Made by a program: the position numbers and the translations under genes
Notes under the pieces: model-generated
The model's input: only the letters and a program-made list of their open reading frames with translations
Told to the model about the DNA's origin: nothing
Database searches by the model: none
In this document: positions 9,575 to 19,597 of the stretch, one piece after another
Position numbering within the stretch: position 1 is the stretch's first letter
Layout: the number at the start of each line of letters is the position of its first letter
Origin: Bdellovibrionales bacterium GWB1_55_8
GTDB lineage: Bacteria; Bdellovibrionota; UBA1018
DNA: 64,000 bases
Direction of reading: 5' to 3'
Assembly (NCBI GenBank): GCA_001769835.1
Contig: MEPR01000073.1
Span: 1,112 to 65,111 of the forward strand

Positions 9575-10416
9575 GGTCGCGTTCTTCCTTTGCCCGTTTT
9601 GGTCAGGGCTTTTCTCCGTCTTTGCAGGTTTAGGACCCCGTTCTTCATGCGGGGCTCAATACCTTCTTCAATCAGCGTTTCGAGCACCTGCAAATCCGTT
9701 GAATCAAGCTTCATGGGCGTAAGCGCGGCAAAACCGGACTCAACTGCATAGCAATCTGATCCAAGTTCATTCTGGAAGCCCTCGTAACTGCCCCCCACCC
9801 AGTAGTAATCGCGCCCACGATGATCCTTACGTCGCAAAATGTTCCCGGAATAATAGCGAAATCCCTGGCGTGTCAGTTCAATCCCTTTGATTTTATTCAT
9901 CGGAATATCCGGAACATTCAGGTTCAGAAAGGTCCGTTTCGGAAGAGGCTTTTTCAGCATCGCTTTCACGACACGTACCGCCAGGCGCGCTGCGCCTTGG
10001 TAATGATAATCCACATCCGACTTCAGTTTCTTGAAGTCTGTTGCGAGACTTACCGCGAGCGAGGGTATACCGAAAATGCACGCTTCACGCGCTGCCGACA
10101 CGGTTCCCGAATAATAGACATCCTGCGCCAGATTCGCGCCCCTGTTGATCCCCGAAATCACGATGTCCGGCGGTTTGCGCATGATTTCCCGAAGCGCGAG
10201 AAAAACGCAATCCGCGGGGGAACCACTCACTCCGTAGAATCCATCCCCCATCGGGAGAATACGGAGAGGTTTATGAATGGTCAGCGAGTGCCCGGTAGCG
10301 CTTTGCTCTTCGAGTGGCGCAACGACGTAAACTTCGCCCAGCTTTTGGAACTCCCGTTGAAGGACCTTGAGCCCGTGTGCCTGGATGCCGTCGTCATTGG
10401 ATAACAGGATGCGCAT
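9571..10416 (-). CDS. surE: 5'/3'-nucleotidase SurE
   Basis: MRILLSNDDG, GSPADCV, SGINRGAN and YSGTVSAA motifs. Confidence 0.97.
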   Translation of the reverse strand: MRILLSNDDGIQAHGLKVLQREFQKLGEVYVVAPLEEQSATGHSLTIHKPLRILPMGDGFYGVSGSPADCVFLALREIMRKPPDIVISGINRGANLAQDVYYSGTVSAAREACIFGIPSLAVSLATDFKKLKSDVDYHYQGAARLAVRVVKAMLKKPLPKRTFLNLNVPDIPMNKIKGIELTRQGFRYYSGNILRRKDHRGRDYYWVGGSYEGFQNELGSDCYAVESGFAALTPMKLDSTDLQVLETLIEEGIEPRMKNGVLNLQRRRKALTKTGKGRTRP

Positions 10417-10484
10417 ACGCTGATTTTAGCGCGGGCGCTCGCTAACGCAAAGTGGGTCATTTTCTTGACGCGGGCGACGAAATC

Positions 10485-11243
10485 TCAGCGAAGCAGCACG
10501 TCGCGTTCGCTGGCGGTCTCCTCAAGCGCTTTGTTTCTGCGCTCCCCTTCGGGTGTATTGACGCTGGTGTACACGCAATGATGCCCGCCTTGCTCGAGCT
10601 GTTCCACCGCGGCAAGGATAATGGAATGGCCCAGCATCACGGTTCCCAGCGTGGACAAAGGACCCGCTGATACCGTTTCGGTCAGCGGAACCGCTGCATC
10701 ACCGGTAAATCCTCCGAGATCCACCGTTTCGTCGCAAACCTCGAAAAGTCTTTTCCCGGACGGGTGGCGAGAGCTCACCGCGCTGCTATGAGCCACACTC
10801 GTGAATGCGACGGTGAAAAGCCCTCTCTTCTTGGCCTCGATCGCCAGATCAACACCTGCACCGTTGATCCCCGACTGAGAGGCAAGCCAGAGCATCTCCC
10901 CTGCCTTCGGTCTGACACGATTCAGGATGGCGGTAGCAGCACCGGGCGTGCGCTCGAACATCCGAACCACCGGAGGTCCGGCCGTCGGCAGGAGGTAGCT
11001 TGCGAAAAGCGGTATGACAAAAGAGGCGCCCCCGGCGCGGTGATAAAGCTCCATCGGAAAGATGGAGGAATGTCCGCTTCCGAAGACCAGAAGCGACTTT
11101 CCTTCCCGCACATCCGTCACCAGCCGAGTTGCCAGCCGTTCCATAACGGCCTTATTGCGCTCCACTGTTTTTTCAAGATGCGGTAGCGCCACGGCTGCAT
11201 ATTTCGTTACATTCACCATCATCGCTGCTCCTTTGTTATCCAT
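10485..11243 (-). CDS. SIS-domain (sugar isomerase-like) protein
   Basis: VFGSGHS, SQSGIN, SRHPSGKRL and GDAAV motifs of SIS_2-type proteins. Confidence 0.85.
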   Translation of the reverse strand: MDNKGAAMMVNVTKYAAVALPHLEKTVERNKAVMERLATRLVTDVREGKSLLVFGSGHSSIFPMELYHRAGGASFVIPLFASYLLPTAGPPVVRMFERTPGAATAILNRVRPKAGEMLWLASQSGINGAGVDLAIEAKKRGLFTVAFTSVAHSSAVSSRHPSGKRLFEVCDETVDLGGFTGDAAVPLTETVSAGPLSTLGTVMLGHSIILAAVEQLEQGGHHCVYTSVNTPEGERRNKALEETASERDVLLR

Positions 11244-11244
11244 T

Positions 11245-13593
11245 CTATTGACCCGGAATCAGGTCATTTGCGAGATCTGAAATACCGAATCCCGCGCCGG
11301 TGAGATTGATTGCAAGGTCGTAGGACCTGACGAACCCGCTCGTCACGTTATGACCGATCGCGAACGCGAACTTCCAGCAGCGCGAAGGACTCTGGAAGGC
11401 GACATTAAGCTTCTGGCTCATGAACTTTTTTTCCACCAGGTTGTACTCAGAGGTGAACGTCGGAAGGATATGATCCGAAAGCGAGAAATTCACTGTCGCG
11501 CTGAGCGCGTTCGTGCCGCACTTAATGGGGCTGTCCCGACCACACGCTGATTTGTCATAACTGTAGGAAAGCATGAGACTGCGATCATACTGAAGAACGA
11601 GGTGTTTCGTAGCACGCTCAAAAACGTAGGTAGCCGAACTGTTCAGGATCTCCGGGGGAGCATCCGTGTAGGGCGTATAGGAGAAATCGGTTCCCCAGCT
11701 GAACTGATCGAAGGTGAAACCCAGGCGCGATGAAAGCCGCGAGAAGCGCTGATCCGAGCGCTTGAAATTGATTGCCTGGCGCGCACTGAATTCGATGGAA
11801 CGCTGATACGATGCCGATCCCGGCACCAGCGCATTCCCTCGTTTTCGAATCAACTGAGTCGTGAAGCCGTAGGAAAGTGAATTTCCAAGCGGAACAAAAT
11901 AGTTGATGTTGCTCGGACTGGCGTCCAAAGGAACGATATCGCGATTGTCGAAATTATAGCCCTCCGACTCGCGTATCTGCCTGAGAAACGGATGAGCCGC
12001 GTCTTCCCTGACATAAGGAATCCGTGAATACAGGAGGAAAGGACGAATCAGATGCTTCGATTTGGGATAAACCGGGTCGTCAGTGTCATAGATACGTTCA
12101 AGCTGCGTATTGAGTTCGGTCTGGAAGTGCAGGTAACCGCGATTCAAATTCGGAAGCGCGTTGTGGAATGAGTAAAAATAGGAATAGTAAGTCAGCGACG
12201 GAATGACCGAGGCGATTTCGAACGGTTTTACCGCCGTATAGAGCATCGGGGTCACCGCCACGCGAGTCGCTTCGCGGACCGGATCCACTCCGGGCAAGGG
12301 TACCAGGCCCGAGTTCGCCGGGTCCTGACCAAAAGGAAACCGGGACTGGTCAAAATCGAAAGGGCCCGAAGAGCGCGTGAAATTCGCAACTCCGACGCTC
12401 ACCCCCCCGATGAAGGGTGTATTGAACAGGAACTGGTCATTGGTCGTGATCACGGCTTCGGGCAGCTTCTGAACGGTCCTCGAGTCAAAGAGCTCGATAC
12501 GCGCGCGAGGGTCCGGATTCGTATTGAGAAGATTGCGCATTCGCCGGAAGTCAACAAACGCGCTCAGCTCCGAGGATGTCTTCGAAAAACTCAGGTCCGA
12601 CGAAAGAACCGGTTCAACGGCACCCGGAACATCGCCCACAAAATTCGGATAGAGATTGTCACTGACCTCCAGTATCCGCGTCTTCGCCTCAATTCCCCAG
12701 GGCAGCTCCTGGATCTGCGATATATCCAGAGCCCATCGCCCCACCGACGAATCACCGGGATCCCTCAAGATCGAGACTCCCGCGCTAGTGTCGTTCAAAT
12801 GAAAAAACCGGGCCGTTCCCGAACTTCGAGGAGTCAGCGCATACCGCCCCTCCCATTCCAGGCGTCGTCCCCGTGCGGTGTACTGGCCTAACCCGAAAGT
12901 CATGTCAGCGCTCTCATCCAGAGCCCAAAAGAAAGGCAGAACGAAGATAAACCCATGCTGGTCGTTCACTTTCAAGGTCGGAAACAGCAATCCGCTCTGC
13001 CGGCGCGTTTTGATCGGCACCACGAGATACGGGAACCACACGCTCGGGGTATCCTGAATCTTCACCGTGACGTTCTTGAGATAGGCGTATCCTTCGACTT
13101 CAAGATCGACGTCTTCCGCCTGAAAAGACCAGCTCTGAGGACAATCCCTGCAAGTACTGTATTCTCCCCAATGCGTCTGAAAACGCCCGGCACCGAGTTT
13201 GTTGATGCGTTCGCCGGAAAGGGAAAAACGATCATTCGAGACACGGCCGCTCACAATCGATCCGGTCCGCGTGTCCAGATTGAAACGCATCTCCTCACCG
13301 TGAATCACGGTATCGGTCGCGGTATAAACACAATTTCCCTTAGCCTGGACAGTGCGCTCCTCGAGATTGAGCAGAATATACTCGGCGGTGAGGATTTCGC
13401 CGGGTTGCCGGAGAATGGCTCGCCCGAAAAGCTCGACCTTGTTCGCGCGGCGGTTCCAAAGCTGCCTCTCGGCCGAATAATGAAGCGGGCTCGTCTCTTC
13501 GATCGCGAATGACGGGGAGGCGCCCAAAAGAGGAAATACAGTCAGAATGAGCAGGACGAGAATACGGAAGACCCCGTACTCGAGAACCTTCAA
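11245..13593 (-). CDS. lptD: LPS-assembly outer-membrane protein LptD
   Basis: Signal peptide, OstA-like N-domain, YSTC..C..SW, RRQSGLLFP, PFFWAL and C-terminal SRCW. TTG 13593 overlaps the accD stop (ORF track start 13629). Confidence 0.85.
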   Translation of the reverse strand: MKVLEYGVFRILVLLILTVFPLLGASPSFAIEETSPLHYSAERQLWNRRANKVELFGRAILRQPGEILTAEYILLNLEERTVQAKGNCVYTATDTVIHGEEMRFNLDTRTGSIVSGRVSNDRFSLSGERINKLGAGRFQTHWGEYSTCRDCPQSWSFQAEDVDLEVEGYAYLKNVTVKIQDTPSVWFPYLVVPIKTRRQSGLLFPTLKVNDQHGFIFVLPFFWALDESADMTFGLGQYTARGRRLEWEGRYALTPRSSGTARFFHLNDTSAGVSILRDPGDSSVGRWALDISQIQELPWGIEAKTRILEVSDNLYPNFVGDVPGAVEPVLSSDLSFSKTSSELSAFVDFRRMRNLLNTNPDPRARIELFDSRTVQKLPEAVITTNDQFLFNTPFIGGVSVGVANFTRSSGPFDFDQSRFPFGQDPANSGLVPLPGVDPVREATRVAVTPMLYTAVKPFEIASVIPSLTYYSYFYSFHNALPNLNRGYLHFQTELNTQLERIYDTDDPVYPKSKHLIRPFLLYSRIPYVREDAAHPFLRQIRESEGYNFDNRDIVPLDASPSNINYFVPLGNSLSYGFTTQLIRKRGNALVPGSASYQRSIEFSARQAINFKRSDQRFSRLSSRLGFTFDQFSWGTDFSYTPYTDAPPEILNSSATYVFERATKHLVLQYDRSLMLSYSYDKSACGRDSPIKCGTNALSATVNFSLSDHILPTFTSEYNLVEKKFMSQKLNVAFQSPSRCWKFAFAIGHNVTSGFVRSYDLAINLTGAGFGISDLANDLIPGQ

Positions 13594-14462
13594 ATAGGAA
13601 ACCGGCACGTCTGTCGCCCCAAGCACCACATCAGACGTCGAAGCTCGCCCGCAAGATCCTTGCGAGGAACTATTCGGTCAACGAAGCCGTGCTCCAGAAG
13701 AAACTCGCTGCGCTGAAAGCCCTTGGGCAGCGACTGCCGGATGGTCTGCTCGATCACCCTCGGACCGGCGAACCCGATCAAAGCCGCGGGTTCAGCCAGA
13801 ATGATATCCCCGAGCATGGCAAATGAGGCGGCAACCCCACCCGTCGTGGGATCCGTGAGAACAGAAATATAAGGGATGCCTTCCGCGCGAAGCTGGCTTG
13901 TGATCGCGGTCGTTTTCGCCATCTGCATCAGGGAGAGAATCCCTTCCTGCATGCGGGCCCCGCCGGAGGAACTGATGATGACGGCCGGAATACGCTCCTT
14001 CAACGCGGTCTCGAAAAGCCGCGCGACTTTCTCTCCGACGACAACACCCATGCTGCCGCCCATGAACTTGAATTCGAAAACGCCAAGGCAGTACGGCAAT
14101 CCCTGGAGTTTGGCCTTTCCGGCGACAAACGCGTCGCGGACACCGGTGCTGCTCGCGGCCGAGCGCAGGCGGTCCTTATAAGGTTTTATGTCGTCGAATT
14201 CGAGAGGATCGGTGGAAACCAGATCTTCGGCGAATTCATCAAAGCTCCCCTCATCCGTCAGCAGCGCGATACGCTCCGTGGCAGTCATTCGAAAGTGATA
14301 GGAGCACTCGGGGCAGACCTGATGATGATCTTTCAGTACCTTTGATTGCAGTATCTCGCCACATTGCGTGCACTTGACCCACATGCCTTCCGGAACCTTG
14401 GAGGTGCGCTGTGAGACCTGGGCGCGAATGCGCGGAGTTTTAAGATCGTCAAACCATGACAT
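13590..14462 (-). CDS. accD: Acetyl-CoA carboxylase carboxyltransferase beta subunit
   Basis: C4 zinc finger; FMGGSMG, SGGARMQEG, PTTGGVAASFA and GFAGPRVIEQT motifs. Confidence 0.97.
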   Translation of the reverse strand: MSWFDDLKTPRIRAQVSQRTSKVPEGMWVKCTQCGEILQSKVLKDHHQVCPECSYHFRMTATERIALLTDEGSFDEFAEDLVSTDPLEFDDIKPYKDRLRSAASSTGVRDAFVAGKAKLQGLPYCLGVFEFKFMGGSMGVVVGEKVARLFETALKERIPAVIISSSGGARMQEGILSLMQMAKTTAITSQLRAEGIPYISVLTDPTTGGVAASFAMLGDIILAEPAALIGFAGPRVIEQTIRQSLPKGFQRSEFLLEHGFVDRIVPRKDLAGELRRLMWCLGRQTCRFPI

Positions 14463-14534
14463 AAGTGACGGGAAACTTAACAGGCAACCCGCTCTGAATC
14501 AACGCAGGTCTTTAAAATCCCTCAGGAACCCTTT

Positions 14535-15893
14535 TTAACCGTCGGCACGGGACCCTTTTCCGAGCCTTCCGGCCGAAAACGCGCGGTCAAAGGCCTGGAC
14601 GGCGCTCGGATCGAACTGGGTTCCGGCATGCTTGAGGATCTCCTGACGAGCGTAACTGGGATCCAGCCCCTTCCGGTAGGGCCGGGTGCTGACCATGGCA
14701 TCGTAGGTGTCGGCAACCGAGATGATGCGGGCAATGAGCGGAATTTCCGGGCCGCGCAAACCTTGCGGGTAACCGCCGCCGTCCCAACGCTCATGATGAT
14801 AGCGCATGCCGACGATGACTTCCCGAAGACCTTCGACTCGACTCATGATGTCATAGCCCATCTTGGGATGATTCTGCATCACCTTCCATTCGGCATCATT
14901 CAGCTGGGCCTGCTTCTTCAGAATACTGTCCTCAATTCCGATTTTTCCCACATCGTGAAGAATCGCGGCAAGCCGCAGAGTTTCCAGTTGCTCCGGCGGT
15001 AGCGCCATCTCTTCCGCAATGGCCATCGAATAAAACACCACGCGCTTCGTGTGACCGCCGGTATAACGGTCTTTCTGTTCAATGGCCTCGGCCAGGGCCT
15101 CGCAGGTTTCAAAGAAGTTCTTCTTGATGTCCGAGTAAAGGCGCGAGTTCTCCACGGCGATCGCTACCTGATGGCTTAACGTATCGAGCAGTCGCTTGTC
15201 CTCGTCATAGAAATCCGGCCAGGGATGCAGCGATGACCTGGGAGGTACCGATGGAAGCTTGTTCAGGGCTTGAAGAACCCCGATCGTCTTTCCCTTCACG
15301 CGAAGCGGAGCACAGATCATGGTCCGAGCCAGGAAAGAAGGCCCGGATTCGCCCGGGCCAGGGTGCGCTGCTCTAGTTTTTTTGAAATGACGGGAATCGT
15401 TTTCCACATCGTTCACAACCAGGCTTTCACCCGTCATTGCGACATAACCCGCGATCGACCGATCATCGATCGGGAGCCGCACTGATTTCTGCAGCCGTTT
15501 TCCGACCTCGCCCAAGGCGGTTTCCCAGTAAAGTTCCGCTCGTTTCTCATCCACAAGATAGAGCGATGCGGTTTCACAACGCAGGAGTCTGCAAGTGGCC
15601 TCGAGCGCCTTCTCGCGGACAACGGCTGTTTCAAGGGTTGAATTCAGCAGACTTGAAAAATCGTTCAGGTATTCGAGCTGTTGAACCTTTTCCTGCATCT
15701 GACGGATCACTTCCGCCATTTCGGATTCCAAGCCGCGAATACGGCCTAAAACAGCTGAAACTTCTTCTCTGGTATCGGTTTGAGGAGATGTGCGGGGCGT
15801 CCCCTGCGGGACTTTGCTTGATGGCCTGGGTGGCATAGGCCTCCTGCCTTGGCCGGCGTTAGGAAACCATCCTGGCTTCCTCGAAAATTTCAC
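14535..15893 (-). CDS. GAF + HD-GYP cyclic-dinucleotide phosphodiesterase
   Basis: GAF domain, then HDVGKIG, HHERWDGGGYP, ADTYDAM and RPYRK. Start uncertain. Confidence 0.9.
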   Translation of the reverse strand: MKFSRKPGWFPNAGQGRRPMPPRPSSKVPQGTPRTSPQTDTREEVSAVLGRIRGLESEMAEVIRQMQEKVQQLEYLNDFSSLLNSTLETAVVREKALEATCRLLRCETASLYLVDEKRAELYWETALGEVGKRLQKSVRLPIDDRSIAGYVAMTGESLVVNDVENDSRHFKKTRAAHPGPGESGPSFLARTMICAPLRVKGKTIGVLQALNKLPSVPPRSSLHPWPDFYDEDKRLLDTLSHQVAIAVENSRLYSDIKKNFFETCEALAEAIEQKDRYTGGHTKRVVFYSMAIAEEMALPPEQLETLRLAAILHDVGKIGIEDSILKKQAQLNDAEWKVMQNHPKMGYDIMSRVEGLREVIVGMRYHHERWDGGGYPQGLRGPEIPLIARIISVADTYDAMVSTRPYRKGLDPSYARQEILKHAGTQFDPSAVQAFDRAFSAGRLGKGSRADG

Positions 15894-15917
15894 TCAAGAA
15901 GAGTGAAAAAACGGTCG

Positions 15918-15960
15918 AAAAAATAGCCTCAGTGACTGGTCATCCTAACCTCACCGAGGC
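15918..15960 (-). terminator. Intrinsic terminator
   Basis: 10-bp stem GCCTCGGTGA/TCACTGAGGC (one G-U pair) followed by TATTTTTT on the minus strand. Confidence 0.7.
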
Positions 15961-16020
15961 CCGCGAGAGTTCTAATCTAGTCTCCCTGAATCCTTCCTTG
16001 GATTCTTTCCACAACCACAC
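15918..16020 (-). ncRNA. Candidate small RNA or leader RNA with GGA hairpin loops (CsrB/RsmY-like)
   Basis: Lies between a sigma70-like promoter and an intrinsic terminator. Contains a GAATCC-AAGGAA-GGATTC hairpin and several more GGA motifs. Confidence 0.45.
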
Positions 16021-16025
16021 TTATG

Positions 16026-16053
16026 AGTTTACGGTGGTTCCAGACTGGGTCAA
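16026..16053 (-). promoter_or_regulatory. sigma70-like promoter
   Basis: TTGACC-N16-TAAACT overlapping the rsmI stop codon. Confidence 0.5.
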
Positions 16054-16976
16054 TACCCCTCACCACTTTTTTGAAAAATTTTTACCGCTGACTCATAGAC
16101 GACGTTCCTCGGAACATCGTAATGGCGACACACATGTTTCACGGATTCCGATGCAGGCACACCAGCATCCTTCAAACAGAGCAGAGCCTTAACCCATTCT
16201 GAACTATTGAGGCTGGGTAACCCTGTTCCAGAAAACTCTGTATCCCCAGCGGCTTGAGGGAATTGAACTGCAAAACACCATTCACCGCGGGTTCCTGAGT
16301 TTTCCACTTCCTGAGCGATTGCTTCAGAAACCGCCTCCGCCCCCCCAGCAAAGATTCGCTCATGAAGCTTGGTCAATTCCTTCGCGGCGACAACTCGCGC
16401 ATCCGGAGAGACCTCTGCGACCTTCTGAAGACTTTTTAGAATTCGCTCAGGACTCTCAAACCAGACCCAGACCCTCACCTGCCTGGACGCTGCGGCGGTT
16501 TTCAGCTCTGTCTCTCGATCGGAGTCCTTTCGCGGGAAAAACCCGCGGAAAGCGAAAGCCGTTTCCCCAAATCCTGAAACAGACAGCAAGGCCATGACCG
16601 CCGAGGGTCCGGGAATGGTGACGACGGTCACCCCGGCCTCACGTGCGGCGGCAACCAGCAATGCTCCGGGATCACTGATGCCCGGGGTCCCGGCGTCCGT
16701 AACGACCGCCAAAGATTCCCCCGCGAGAAGTCGCGCCACGAACGTGGCGACCTTTCCGGCGCTGGCGTGGGCGTCAAAACGCTCCAGGCCTGAAATGGGC
16801 CGGTCGATGAGTGATCCGGCGATGAGACGAGCCGTCCGGCGCGTATCCTCGCAAAGCACGGCGTCAGCTTCCGTAAGGACCTGCTTGGCCCTTGGGCTCA
16901 AATCGTCCAGATTCCCGATCGGGGTCGCGACCACGGCGAGCTGTCCCGGCAAAACTTGCCTCTTTAACGAGTCCAT
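16050..16976 (-). CDS. rsmI: 16S rRNA (cytidine1402-2'-O)-methyltransferase RsmI
   Basis: VATPIGNLDD, CEDTR, DAGTPGISDPG, FESPER and KELTKLHE motifs. Confidence 0.95.
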   Translation of the reverse strand: MDSLKRQVLPGQLAVVATPIGNLDDLSPRAKQVLTEADAVLCEDTRRTARLIAGSLIDRPISGLERFDAHASAGKVATFVARLLAGESLAVVTDAGTPGISDPGALLVAAAREAGVTVVTIPGPSAVMALLSVSGFGETAFAFRGFFPRKDSDRETELKTAAASRQVRVWVWFESPERILKSLQKVAEVSPDARVVAAKELTKLHERIFAGGAEAVSEAIAQEVENSGTRGEWCFAVQFPQAAGDTEFSGTGLPSLNSSEWVKALLCLKDAGVPASESVKHVCRHYDVPRNVVYESAVKIFQKSGEGY

Positions 16977-17057
16977 GGGCCGCACGATAATGGAACCTGC
17001 GGCGAAAGGAAAGCCGCTACGAAAAACGTTCAATAATACGGATTCCGGAGGATCAGG

Positions 17058-17414
17058 ATGAAGACGCAGTTCAAAAAGGTCGGCGACACGATTGTAGTCT
17101 CGATGGATGGAAAGCTCGATTTCGAGACCCAGCTGCCCCTCCGCGAGGATCTAAACAGATTGATCAATAAAACGAAATCAGACTCCACCCCGAAAAAGAT
17201 CATTTTCAACCTGGAGAATCTCGACTTCGTGGGTTCAAGCGGGATTTCGTCTTTCGTTCAGACGCTGAAGGAGTTCAGCAACAACGCTTCGACCAAACCG
17301 CGGTACTGCAACGTCAAAAGCGAGTTCCGGCGCGTCATGAAAGCGTTCGAAGAAACCGAAATTTTCGAATTTTACGATAACGAAGATCGCGCGCGCAAAA
17401 GCTTCGATCAGTAA
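17058..17414 (+). CDS. STAS-domain anti-sigma factor antagonist
   Basis: GKLD and LENLDFVGSSGI (phospho-Ser motif); GGAGG RBS. Confidence 0.85.
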   Translation: MKTQFKKVGDTIVVSMDGKLDFETQLPLREDLNRLINKTKSDSTPKKIIFNLENLDFVGSSGISSFVQTLKEFSNNASTKPRYCNVKSEFRRVMKAFEETEIFEFYDNEDRARKSFDQ

Positions 17415-17786
17415 TCAAAGGTCCATCCGTATATTCCGGATATGCTCCCAGGCTCCGCCGTTTTGCGCGAGTACGTCCACTCGCGCGCTTTTCGCCCTTC
17501 CATCGTAACGCAGCAGAAACATCCCGATGGCGCGCTTGAGCTTCCTCCGTTTGCTGAAGCTGACGCTCTCCAGCGCCGAAACCCAGCTTCCCTCGGCACG
17601 TGACCTGATCTCGACAAACACGAGTTCTCGTTCACCATCCGGAAGCTCCTCTTCCAGGATCAAATCGATTTCCCCGACTTTGCACCGGAAGTTACGCAGC
17701 AGCAGGCGCATGCGATAACAATTCAGCAGCCAGACGAGCGCGTCTTCCTCAGCGCGAATTCCGAGGTCTCTTGAATACTTTCCCAT
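17415..17786 (-). CDS. yraN: YraN-family putative endonuclease
   Basis: G..AE, RNFRC..GEIDLI, LVFVEIRSR and RVDVLA motifs. Confidence 0.9.
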   Translation of the reverse strand: MGKYSRDLGIRAEEDALVWLLNCYRMRLLLRNFRCKVGEIDLILEEELPDGERELVFVEIRSRAEGSWVSALESVSFSKRRKLKRAIGMFLLRYDGRAKSARVDVLAQNGGAWEHIRNIRMDL

Positions 17787-17816
17787 GAGGAAAAGTCCAT
17801 GGCAGCTCTCGTGCCA

Positions 17817-19535
17817 TCAGGTGACTCGTGATTTCTTCGGAATTTCGACAAAGAAGACGCTTCCGCCACCTGGATTGTTCTCCACCCAGATCCTGCCCCG
17901 GTGCATCTCAACAAGCTGTTTGGCGATGGCCAGACCCAGACCGCTTCCCTTCACCCCTTCTTTTCCCACTCGTTCGAAACGAGTGAAGACGCGCTCCTTG
18001 TCCTGATCGGGAATACCCTCGCCCTGGTCTCTGATGGAAATCCGGCAGGCATTTCCCTGATCCTGAACCGCCAGGCCGATCCGTGTTCCTTCCGGACTGT
18101 ACTTGATGGCGTTGGAAATCAGGTTCGAAAAGACGTCAATCAGCATTGGGTTCACTTCGGCGCGGCATTCCCCGACAAAACTTTCGTCGAGAACCATGCC
18201 TTTCGCTTTCAGCTGAGGTTCGAACTCCTGAATCGTCTTTTTCAGAAGCGACCCGAGATTCTCTTCAGCAAACACCAGGTCCGTGGCTTGGGCCGCTCGG
18301 GCATACTTGGCGGCACTTTCACACTGGCTGATGAGGCTTTCAGTCGATTTCGCGATTCTGCCGATGGCCCTGAGCTTAAGGGGATCTTTCTCGATTCGAG
18401 TCAGAAGCTCCGCGGATACCTTGATGGCAGAGGCGGGGTTCATCAGATCGTGCCTGAGAATATCCGTGAACAGATCCTTCAACCGATTCGCTTCCTTGAG
18501 CTTCTCGGTGTTTGCCTTCAAATCCCGTTCGGCTTTCTTTCTCAGGGAAACGTCCGAAAAGACGTACACGGCACCAATCAGTTGGTCATTCCGGCGCATG
18601 GGATAAACCCGGTACTCCACCTCAAGACCGCTGCCATCCTTGCGGAAATAAATTTCATCGTCGACCCGGATGCTTTTCCCTTCCTGGTAGGCACGACAGC
18701 CAAGACAATCCTCGACCGCATAAAATGATCCGTCACGATGCGTGTGGTGAAAGATCGGATGCAGGGTCTTTCCAAGAAGCTCTGAGGCTTCACTGTAACC
18801 GAGCAATTGCAGACTGGCTGGGTTCACGAAGGTGCAACGACCTTCCATATCCACGCCCAGGATCCCTTCGCCCGTCGATTCAAGCAAAAGCCGCGTCTGC
18901 TCCTCGCTTGCCCTGAGCTTCTCTTCCGCTTTCTTTCTTTCGGAAATGTACCGGACAGAAGCGCAATTCAGCTCACGTCCGCCATACTCCACATAGCGCG
19001 CGGTCACCTCAACGGGGACGAGTTCACCGCTTTTAGCGCGATGTACCGTCTCAAAGGTCAGGGTCTTCCGCGTTCGAAGCTCTTTCCAGTGCAAAGGCCA
19101 GCGCTCAGGAGGGAAATTCGGATCCAGCTCTGCGATCCTCATCTGTTCGAGCTCCTCGCGCGTGTATCCCAAGGCGCGCCCCCCTACCTCATTCACATAT
19201 AAAATCCGCCCGGTCTCTCCACTCCAGAAAACCCCATCTCCCGCAAAATCCACCGAGATCTGTGTAAATCGCAGCTTTCGCTCCTCGTTTCTGAGAATCG
19301 CCAGAAGTCCGATCACGACCACCAGCGCCATAGAAACAAAGAGCCTGGGCACCACTTCCACTATGGACGGCTGAAGAAGATGCATCTGGAGACCTGCGCC
19401 TGGTTCCAGAACGGCATGAAGCCAGCTGTCGAAAAACCAGTACAACGCCACGACCCCCAGGCCCACGATCAACGAGCGTCCGAATGCTCTCGGATTCGAG
19501 AGCTCTTGTGATGACCTGAGCGCTGAATGCGGCAT
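17817..19535 (-). CDS. Membrane-anchored PAS-PAS sensor histidine kinase
   Basis: Two TM helices, two PAS domains, H-box RHDLMNP, NLISNAIKY, DQGEGI and GSGLGL. Confidence 0.9.
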   Translation of the reverse strand: MPHSALRSSQELSNPRAFGRSLIVGLGVVALYWFFDSWLHAVLEPGAGLQMHLLQPSIVEVVPRLFVSMALVVVIGLLAILRNEERKLRFTQISVDFAGDGVFWSGETGRILYVNEVGGRALGYTREELEQMRIAELDPNFPPERWPLHWKELRTRKTLTFETVHRAKSGELVPVEVTARYVEYGGRELNCASVRYISERKKAEEKLRASEEQTRLLLESTGEGILGVDMEGRCTFVNPASLQLLGYSEASELLGKTLHPIFHHTHRDGSFYAVEDCLGCRAYQEGKSIRVDDEIYFRKDGSGLEVEYRVYPMRRNDQLIGAVYVFSDVSLRKKAERDLKANTEKLKEANRLKDLFTDILRHDLMNPASAIKVSAELLTRIEKDPLKLRAIGRIAKSTESLISQCESAAKYARAAQATDLVFAEENLGSLLKKTIQEFEPQLKAKGMVLDESFVGECRAEVNPMLIDVFSNLISNAIKYSPEGTRIGLAVQDQGNACRISIRDQGEGIPDQDKERVFTRFERVGKEGVKGSGLGLAIAKQLVEMHRGRIWVENNPGGGSVFFVEIPKKSRVT

Positions 19536-19597
19536 AGTGTTTGGACAAGCCTCGGCGCCTTATAGCATGGCATTCGCTTGACGGACCGAGACAGATG

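Noticed and set aside
15894-16050. c-di-GMP riboswitch upstream of the HD-GYP gene
   Set aside because: I could not find the GEMM-I core (GCAAACC...GACGCAAAG) on either strand; an Infernal search would settle it.
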